DNA of 64,000 nt, from assembly GCA_003971905.1 (NCBI GenBank), contig RSEE01000167.1:1-64000 (forward strand), read 5' to 3'. The stretch's first letter is position 1. Every line of letters starts with the position of its first letter. This document shows positions 1 through 9,298 of the stretch, one piece after another. Origin of the DNA: Moniliella sp. 'wahieum'. Lineage: Eukaryota. The notes under the pieces were generated by a model. The model saw nothing but the letters and a program-made list of their open reading frames with translations, had not been told where the DNA came from and made no database searches. Both the position numbers and the translations under genes were made by a program.

Positions 1-3000
1 TCAAGTTAGGGCGGCACTGCCCACCAAGGCCAGGCGTCGCATCACAGTGAGAGTGGTAGGGGTGGATAGCTACAGCCTTGTATACTCAAACTAACTCACT
101 CCGTGGTTTCCAGTCAAAAGTGTCTCAACCCTGAATGGTGGGGGGGCATGCCCTTGAAGTATCAGGTCGTACCCCAGGTTCAACTCCACCTCGGTCCGTC
201 AATATTGGTCCGACCGGAATGAAACTACCAGGCCCTCTAGACCTCGGGAAGGACTAGAGGGCTGCACGAAACAGATCTGGAATAGGTCGAGGTTTGAGCC
301 CTGTAGGTCGAGTAGAGGGTGATGTCACCGGTCAGACTTCCCACGGACGGTACTCGGTCAGTATTGGTCCGATTGAGATCCGGACCGGTGCTATCGCTTC
401 TCCTGACCCAGCTCTACACATGAGGTACTTCGATTGGGTCCTGGGGTCGGCGTTGAAGGGTGATGTTCACTCAACGATATACGGTGACCGGTGATGTCTG
501 TCACCCACTTCTCTCCTATGACAGGTACCCGATTCCACCAGGTGATCATGGATCTGAATACTGTCAGCTCATCTCCTGGACTGGGACTACTGATGTGGGA
601 AGTGGGAGCTGGGGAGGCTGAGATCCAAGTTGGCATGGTCGCATCCATCCTGGGTCCTATGGGTGGGGTCAAGTTAGGGCGGCACTGCCCACCAAGGCCA
701 GGCGTCGCATCACAGTGAGAGTGGTAGGGGTGGATAGCTACAGCCTTGTACTACTCAAACTAACTCACTCCCGTGGTCTTCCAGTCAAAAGTTGTCTCAA
801 CCCTGAATGGGTGGGGTGGGCATGCCCTTGTAAGTATCAGGTCGTACCCCAGGTTCAACTCCACCTCGGTCCGTCAATATTGGTCCGACCGGAATGAAAC
901 TACCAGGCCCTCTAGACCTCGGGAAGGACTAGAGGCTGCACGAAACAGATCTGGAATAGGTCGAGGTTTGAGCCCTGTAGGTCGAGTAGAGGGTGATGTC
1001 ACCGGTCAGACTTCCCACGGACGGTACTCGGTCAGTATTGGTCCGATTGAGATCCGGACCGGTTGCTATCGCTTCTCCTGACCCAGCTCTACACACTGAG
1101 GTACTTCGATTGGGTCCTGGGGTCGGCGTTGAAGGGTGATGTTCACTCAACGATATACGGTGACCGGTGATGTCTGTCACCCACTTCTCTCCTATGACAG
1201 GTACCCGATCCACCAGGTGATCATGGATCTGAATACTGTCAGCTCATCTCCTGGACTGGGACTGATGTGGGAAGTGGGAGCTGGGGAGGCTGAGATCCCA
1301 AGTTGGCATGGTCGCATCCATCCTGGGTCCTATGGGTGGGGTCAAGTTAGGGCGGCACTGCCCACCAAGGCCAGGCGTCGCATCACAGTGAGAGTGGTAG
1401 GGGTGGATAGCTACAGCCTTGTACTACTCAACTAACTCATCCCGTGGTCTTCCAGTCAAAAGTTGTCTCAACCTGAATGGGTGGGGTGGGCATGCCCTTG
1501 TAAGTATCAGGTCGTACCCCAGGTTCAACTCCACTCGGTCCGTCAATATTGGTCCGACCGGAATGAAACTACCAGGCCCTCTAGACCTCGGGAAGGACTA
1601 GAGGCTGCACGAAACAGATCTGGAATAGGTCGAGGTTTGAGCCCTGTAGGTCGAGTAGAGGGTGATGTCACCGGTCAGACTTCCCACGGACGGTACTCGG
1701 TCAGTATTGGTCCGATTGAGATCCGGACCGGTGCTATCGCTTCTCCTGACCCAGCTCAACACTGAGGTACTTCGATTGGGTCCTGGGGTCGGCGTGAAGG
1801 GTGATGTTCACTCAACGATATACGGTGACCGGTGATGTCTGTCACCCACTTCTCTCCTATGACAGGTACCCGATTCCACCAGGTGATCATGGATCTGAAT
1901 ACTGTCAGCTCATCTCCTGGACTGGGACTACTGATGTGGGAAGTGGGAGCTGGGGAGGCTGAGATCCCAAGTTGGCATGGTCGCATCCATCCTGGGTCCT
2001 ATGGGTGGGGTCAAGTTAGGGCGGCACTGCCCACCAAGGCCAGGCGTCGCATCACAGTGAGAGTGGTAGGGGTGGATAGCTACAGCCTTGTACTACTCAA
2101 AACTAACTCACTCCCGTGGTCTTCCAGTCAAAAGTGTTCAACCCTGAATGGGTGGGGTGGGCATGCCCTTGTAAGTATCAGGTCGTACCCCAGGTTCAAC
2201 TCCACCTCGGTCCGTCAATATTGGTCCGACCGGAATGAAACTACCAGGCCCTCTAGACCTCGGGAAGGACTAGAGGCTGCACGAAACAGATCTGGAATAG
2301 GTCGAGGTTTGAGCCCTGTAGGTCGAGTAGAGGGTGATGTCACCGGTCAGACTTCCCACGGACGGTACTCGGTCAGTATTGGTCCGATTGAGATCCGGAC
2401 CGGTGCTATCGCTTCTCCTGACCCAGCTCTACACACTGAGGTACTTCGATTGGGTCCTGGGTCGGCGTTGAAGGGTGATGTTCACTCAACGATATACGGT
2501 GACCGGTGATGTCTGTCACCCACTTCTCTCCTATGACAGGTACCCGATTCCACCAGGTGATCATGGATCTGAATACTGTCAGCTATCTCCTGGACTGGGA
2601 CTACTGATGTGGGAAGTGGGAGCTGGGGAGGCTGAGATCCCAAGTTGGCATGGTCGCATCCATCCTGGGTCCTATGGGTGGGGTCAAGTTAGGGCGGCAC
2701 TGCCCACCAAGGCCAGGCGTCGCATCACAGTGAGAGTGGTAGGGGTGGATAGCTACAGCCTTGTACTACTCAAACTAACTCACTCCCGTGGTCTTCCAGT
2801 CAAAAGTTGTCTCAACCCTGAATGGGTGGGGTGGGCATGCCCTTGTAGTATCAGGTCGTACCCCAGGTTCAACTCCACCTCGGTCCGTCAATATTGGTCC
2901 GACCGGAATGAAACTACCAGGCCTCTAGACCTCGGGAAGGACTAGAGGCTGCACGAAACAGATCTGGAATAGGTCGAGGTTTGAGCCCTGTAGGTCGAGT

Positions 3001-4197
3001 AGAGGGTGATGTCACCGGTCAGACTTCCCACGGACGGTACTCGGTCAGTATTGGTCCGATTGAGATCCGGACCGGTGCTATCGCTTCTCCTGACCCAGCT
3101 CTACACACTGAGGTACTTCGATTGGGTCCTGGGGTCGGCGTTGAAGGGTGATGTTCACTCAACGATATACGGTGACCGGTGATGTCTGTCACCCACTTCT
3201 CTCCTATGACAGGTACCCGATTCCACCAGGTGATCATGGATCTGAATACTGTCAGCTCATCTCCTGGACTGGGACTACTGATGTGGGAAGTGGGAGAGCT
3301 GGGGAGGCTGAGATCCCAAGTTGGCATGGTCGCATCCATCCTGGGTCCTATGGGTGGGGTCAAGTTAGGGCGGCACTGCCCACCAAGGCCAGGCGTCGCA
3401 TCACAGTGAGAGTGGTAGGGGTGGATAGCTACAGCCTTGTACTACTCAAACTAACTCACTCCCGTGGTCTTCCAGTCAAAAGTTGTCTCAACCCTGAATG
3501 GGTGGGGTGGGCATGCCCTTGTAAGTATCAGGTCGTACCCAGGTTCAACTCCACCTCGGTCCGTCAATATTGGTCCGACCGGAATGAAACTACCAGGCCC
3601 TCTAGACCTCGGGAAGGACTAGAGGCTGACGGAAACAGATCTGGAATAGGTCGAGGTTTGAGCCCTGTAGGTCGAGTAGAGGGTGATGTCACCGGTCAGA
3701 CTTCCCACGGACGGTACTCGGTCAGTATTGGTCCGATTGAGATCCGGACCGGTGCTATCGCTTCTCCTGACCCAGCTCTACACACTGAGGTACTTCGATT
3801 GGGTCCTGGGGTCGGCGTTGAAGGGTGATGTTCACTCAACGATATACGGTGACCGGTGATGTCTGTCACCCACTTCTCTCCTATGACAGGTACCCGATTC
3901 CACCAGGTGATCATGGATCTGAATACTGTCAGCTCATCTCCTGGACTGGGACTACTGATGTGGGAAGTGGGAGCTGGGGAGGCTGAGATCCCAAGTTGGC
4001 ATGGTCGCATCCATCCTGGGTCCTAGGGGGGGTCAAGTTAGGGCGGCACTGCCCACCAAGGCCAGGCGTCGCATCACAGTGAGAGTGGTAGGGGTGGATA
4101 GCTACAGCCTTGTACTACTCAAACTAACTCACTCCCGTGGTCTTCCAGTCAAAAGTTGTCTCAACCCTGAATGGGTGGGGTGGGCATGCCCTTGTAA
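1..4197. repeat. Head-to-tail tandem array of a 676-bp unit (6 full copies plus about 165 bp, cut by the window start)
   Basis: The phase marker TCAAGTTAGGGCGG recurs at 1, 669, 1342, 2011, 2684, 3360 and 4033. The majority consensus counted by hand is 676 bp. Copies differ almost only by 1-3 nt indels. The array stops after CCCTTGTAA at 4197, where the consensus would continue GTATCAGG. Confidence 0.98.
3360..4032 (+). ncRNA. Candidate viroid-like / circular structured RNA monomer (one representative unit)
   Basis: Nested complementary segments in near-constant register: GGGTGG 3500-3505/CCATCC 4011-4016, CATGCC 3512-3517/GGCATG 3998-4003, CCAGG 3593-3597/CCTGG 3940-3944, CAGATC 3636-3641/GATCTG 3916-3921, GATGTCACCGGTCA 3685-3698/TGACCGGTGATGTC 3850-3863. 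Wobbles are G.U on the + strand. Transcription and circularity are inferred, not shown. Confidence 0.6.
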
Positions 4198-4203
4198 CCC
4201 TAA
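4195..4203 (+). repeat. Telomeric seed TAACCCTAA (1.5 x CCCTAA) at the array/unique junction
   Basis: CCCTTG|TAACCCTAA|GCCAACC. The C-rich strand is on +, the orientation of a left chromosome end. The first TAA is shared with the repeat unit. Only 9 nt, so chance is possible. Confidence 0.6.
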
Positions 4204-4823
4204 GCCAACCGACTTAGTGGTCTGAGAGCTGCAAGGTTCTGTAGCTCGAGTCATCTTTTCTTCTTTTTCCCTACTTGCGTATAAGTAGGACGACCCCTCG
4301 CGGGTATACAATGCTAGTCTTTACCACACCCACCCCCTTTGGCTTGCCTGGTAGACTCCGCTACTTTACAAGATCCATCACCTCCTCCCTCTCTCTCCTT
4401 TCTCCGTAGGCCTTTGTCCTCGCCTTGACACCCCTCCTGTGGTGTGGGTCCCCTCGGGACTCCCCCCTTGACATTCAGGCTGACGGAAGAGGTGACGGAA
4501 TCATGAAGGGCCAAAGAGTGCGAACAAACGAGATGAAGAGAGAGATTGGTCGGTATAAGCAACAGGACGGGCCATAAGTACCACAACCAATAGCCGTAGG
4601 TAGGGCTACTGGTCCACAGGAGGGATCAGACCAAAGGGAGCAGAACAGGTCCACCTTCCCAACACCCCCCTCAATCACGAGCGGGTGCCACTGCCATTGG
4701 TGGTCAGCGGTACACACCACCCACTAGAAGTGCCTGGTAACATTAGCACCTTCGCGCACACCTTCCCGTCTGGTGTCGGGGCAAATGGGGCTTGGCCGAT
4801 GGGGCTACTGTCATAGATGACCC

Positions 4824-7594
4824 CTACGTTCCAAGAGGATTGTAGTTGTTGTCGTCGAGTGCTGATGCACCAATTTTGTTAGCAACCTCGAAGTTGAATT
4901 CGAAATAACCCTGCCAGAGGACCATCACGATAAGGGAAGTGATAGATGTTCCGATTGAGAGCGCACCAGAGAGGGTATACTTCATTCTGATGTGCCATAC
5001 AAAGAGGGGAGGAAAAGTCAGTCTTATGACAACCGAGTAACCGAGACGGGTGGGGGCGAAAAACGTACGAAAGCCAGTAATTGCCCTGCCGTGCACGGCT
5101 AAAAAAGTAGGAAAAGAGCAAACCAAAAAAGATCCAGGATGTGTAGCTAATCGAATCGTGGAGGTCCAGTCGGAGATACACCCAAAAATCACCGGCACAA
5201 CGATCCAGGCTGGTTTGAAGCGGTAAAAAAGCATCGACCGCCAGCGCGATAGGGCATAGACAGGGAGAGGAAGCAAGGCGCCAATCAGAAACCCATACAA
5301 GGTCCAAGAGTACAGTTTCAGGAAACCAACGTATGGTCCCACTCCGCCCCAGTATTGTACATCATTCTGTATGCACCGAGTTAGACGCAGCATTGTTGCT
5401 TGACAAAGAGGAATAGATGTGTCCTGACCCGGAAGAAGCCAATTCTTGCTCTTTGCCTTGGTGAATCCAGAACCCAGCATGAACCAAGCTACAGGCAATC
5501 TGCACACCAACTTGGGTAAGAAAATTGACGCGCGGTGGAATCTTGAAGTAATGGCACAGCTTGGATCCGCCAGCAAAGAGCGCGGCTTGATGGATGATGT
5601 TGTTGGTGAATAGGCTGAACACAACGATACTGGTGGTGTTGTGCTCAAAAAGAAGTCCTGAGACGAGGCACGAAAAGTGGCGCAGGGAGACTTGGATCCC
5701 TGTGATGCCCTGGACCAGGCAGATCGGAACGAAAAAAACCAAGGACACAAGAAGAGCGACGAACAGGCCCCACACAGGGAATCCGGTGTGGTACACGTGT
5801 ACTGCAGGAATGCAAAGAGCGATGCACACCACGAATAGCCCAAGACTCCACCAAGTGGGTACCTGTTTATAGTTGGTGAGTATGGCACGGGTGTGGGGAT
5901 CGTACGCGCTAGCTGGCTTTAGCCGTAACCAGTGGCGAATATCCGCCCCGTGGAAAAGCCCGACATGCACCAACACGGACGACACTGCAATAAAGGAAAA
6001 GAAGATGGCCACAACACTCATGGCGGACAGGTAAGGAAACGAGTAGGAGTTGTACTCATCTAAATCAAACCGTAATGGTTCCTCTAAGGAAGTGTTGCCC
6101 ACGTTTAGGCCGAGATACAGGTAAGGCGACCCATGTAATCGGATGGCAACGCATTTGAGAAGGGAATTTGGGCCATGTGATGGGTATTGGTGCACATGAG
6201 AGCCACTCCGATTACACATCCTCCCAAAATGACCCAGCCAACACACACACAAGACATATGGTGGCACAATCAAGGGGGACAACCCCATTGCCGTCACAAC
6301 CTTGTACCAATCGAAGGTGATCATGTGGAGTCCCAGTCCGTTGCTGCCCCAAAAAGGAGGTTAATGGCAAAGAATGAATGGGTGCCATCCACGGTAAGAA
6401 GCTGAATGTTTGCATTGGCATGAAAAACACCCTCGGTACCCATTCCCATAGGGCGATGAGCACCAGCACGCACCAGAACACGGGTCGCATAGGCCAATGG
6501 GTGGCACGGATCCCATGCAGAGCAGTCAGGACAGACGATGTCTCCAGCTGCACGGGCCACACGAGCGGCTCAGGCCAGACCAGCACCTTGTGAGCCAGAT
6601 TGGCAAGGGGAAAGCCTAGAAGTGGTGCGGCAATGGTGAGAAGAAAGATGAACCCTGGCTTCCACAAATCCACCTGCAAAATAGCCTGGATGTTAAGAGA
6701 GTCAGATACCATAAACTTTGCGTTCACTAGAGCTGTGAGCATGAAGAGGGTCTGGTTGGGGCCAGTGGTGATGCCCGCAATGACGGTTAGCAACCTGTGA
6801 TAGTGTTAGCAGAGCTGCTTTAGAATAACAGAGAAATGAAGTGTGAGGGCGGCAGATGGTCCCAAACTTACGCATGCCTACAGTTGAACGGCCCGGGATT
6901 GAAGAAATGTTTGAAGGCCCAGTGGTCGGGGTACGGAATCATGGACATCAGTTTGCCCAACCCATATGCAAACGGCTGAATAAACACGGATCCTACCAGT
7001 GTTGAAGCATCGCCCGTAATAAAGACAACGTCCAACTCAAATACAAGATCGAGAGTCCGACGGTGATCAAGGATCCAATGAGCCACACACGTGCCGTGTT
7101 GATTGGTAAGGAAGGGTCGTCCTCGTTGGGGACTGTGGCGCGAACTTCAGGCAGGGAAGAGATGGCTTGGTTAAAATTGGCGTCGACCCCGTTATCGTCC
7201 CCATTTTCATCGTCGGACATGGAAGAGGTGAAGGTCGCACATGGCGATGTTTTCGCTTTGGAAGATACTGTCCTTGCCCATATACGTATCGTAGATAGAA
7301 CGGCGGTGATTCATGTCCAGGAGCGATCTACCGTCAGGATCTGTGGCGTCCGTGGCATCCTCCTGCCGTGGGCAAGCGAATATGCCCGGAAGTTAGTCGT
7401 GTTGAAGGATTCGGAACGGATGGAATCCTGGCGATCGGACGGGGGAGCCTCATCGCGCAGGCGAGGTTCAGTAATGGTTCCCGTCAATGGTTCTTGATCG
7501 AGGTCATCGGGATGGAGAGCCCCGACGGCGGGTTCGCCATGGACAATAACGATAATGGACCGGTGTCCTCGGCAGCGGTCTTGGTGCTCCACAT
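4824..7594 (-). CDS. OPT-family oligopeptide transporter (frameshifted in assembly)
   Basis: OPT hallmark SSLPEVRATVPNEDDPSLPINTARVW, then NPGPFN, LVWPVQL, TFDWY, YKQVPTWW, KLCHYFKIPPR, YWGGVGP, with many TM helices across the ORF pieces. Intron 6795-6871 (GTAAGT...CTAAC...CAG on -). Start codon uncertain (7594 or 7220). Confidence 0.9.
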
Positions 7595-7962
7595 TTTGGT
7601 GCTGATGAGTATGAGTGGCTCGGGGACGATGACGAATGAGAGGAGATGGTGGAGGAGGTAAGGAAAGAGAGGCGTCCAGTGAGCTGGGGTCGGTACCACC
7701 CTAGCTTCTGTTCTTTTATCACGCCTTTATGTCTACCGCCACCGCTGCGAGTAGGGATGTGCTGGTGTCGCAAGTCCGGCGTGCCCACCATCGGATAGAG
7801 TCGCTGTCGCCTACTGTGTTACTGCGGATCAATCCTAAGCGAGAAATGGAGCCGAGCTGCGCGCTTCGTCACAGAGATTAAGCTCGTCTCTATTGGGTTT
7901 CTGAGCGGGGTTGGGGCGACAAACGTTAAACGCGTCACTCATGAGCACAAAGGTCCATCTCT

Positions 7963-8506
7963 CTCTGAGGGAGGCACCAGAGGGCACGCAGGCCTAACGT
8001 CGCAAATGACGGAACCGCTGTCAGGAACATTTATGGCTGCTAGGTTACCCGCCACTGTGCCATCGACACCGACCTCTGTCCATGTTTGAATCTAATCAAT
8101 ACTATGCACGAGTACTTGGACTTGTGGAGAGATACAACAGATGTGAGTCGATGCAGGCACGCCTTGGGGAAGGCTAATGAGTAGGGTGCGCCGTGAGGCT
8201 CGCCAGCGGCTTGCCCCGGCGCGGGAGAGGCTGGAATCTTGTTGGGGCAAGATAAGTACACCAGCACCTTGCATACATGCTTCGAGGCACCGTATGACGA
8301 ACATTAGAGATGTTTGAGCCGCTCCTCACGGCATCCGTGGGAGCACTTTCGACAAATCAAAAGTATGATTGCCTAAGCTGCTTAAAGGGCATGGAGCAAA
8401 TGCCTCTGAGGCAGGCACCAGAGGGCAGGCCGACTCGGGAATACAATGACTACCTACGCGGGAGAACACAGGCCCGGTCCGCTTTCTGAGGGAGGCACCA
8501 GGAGGG
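7963..8506 (+). repeat. Three dispersed copies of a ~24-bp motif TCTGAGG(G/C)AGGCACCAG(G)AGGG
   Basis: Copies at 7963-7986, 8404-8427 and 8485-8506, in the intergenic region between the divergent OPT and F-box genes. Confidence 0.8.
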
Positions 8507-9298
8507 AGTCTGCTCGGCTCTGGCGTAACTGGGCCACAGTGCCCCACAGGCGGGGGGCCGTCTCGGCTTCAGAATGACTTTTTAGGCTGGCGGGAGAGGG
8601 TCCAGTCCTCTTTCTATGAAGGGGCCAGGCGGGCGTGCAGCTGGGCTGCAGAATTATCACGAACGACCAAAAATCTGTTGTTGCATAGAGCTGCAGGCAG
8701 CCATAGTCCTCGCTATTTGTACACAGCGGACGCGTACGATTGTTCATATTGTGTGTGAGAGAGGATCCCCATGTTTCAGCCACTTCCACCAACTATTCGA
8801 AAGCGTCACGAGTTTGACCCCCTTCCCGCTATCGGGGCTCATATATTCAACACCCTGAAAAGGCTGGAGAGGGGATCCCCTACCCGACGAGGCAACTAAG
8901 GATGAAAAATCCTTTAAAGAGGGAAGCCACAGCGTTAGCCACCGACAAAGGGCGAACGGAAGACCGGGGGAATCGAGGGCAATGGGATGAAAAGGTGAAG
9001 GATGCGAGCCAAGAACGCGAGCGTGGCCTCGTTTGTCGTCCAAAACTTTCTGCTGTCCCGCCGGAACCACCACATACTTAGGCACACAGTGCTAAACGCG
9101 TGATGGCACCAGGCCACTGTCCGGGTGCTTCTGCCTGAGACAGCAGAATGAGGTTCCCGCAGGCTTCAGGACACGACGTGTAGGGTTACGCGTGGGTTGT
9201 GCACGGCCGACATGGGCGGTGCGTTGCGCTTCGCGTTGCGCGTGGCGCTCTGCCACCGCCTCTTCTTGCTGCCCCGCGCCCTCCCGCGGCGTGCCGCC

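Noticed and set aside
3709..3735. Resemblance of GACGGTA...GTCAGTATTG to VS ribozyme helix VI
   Set aside because: The CAG strand of the catalytic A730 loop is replaced by GTC and other VS elements were not found, so it is probably coincidental.
1..4197. CRISPR array, rDNA/5S repeat or LTR
   Set aside because: No repeat-spacer alternation, no rRNA or tRNA motifs recognised, and no PBS/PPT or gag-pol nearby.
294..4225. ORFs of 60-226 aa within the tandem array
   Set aside because: They change from copy to copy with indel errors, the consensus has stops in each + frame, and there is no recognisable domain.
4472..4551. Unreversed complement reads like an intron (GTAAGT...CTAACCAG), and part of the repeat complement looks weakly gag-like
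   Set aside because: Not a biologically readable orientation. My hand count of TA versus AT in the unit (29 versus 33) gives no sign of mirrored sequence. Treated as chance.
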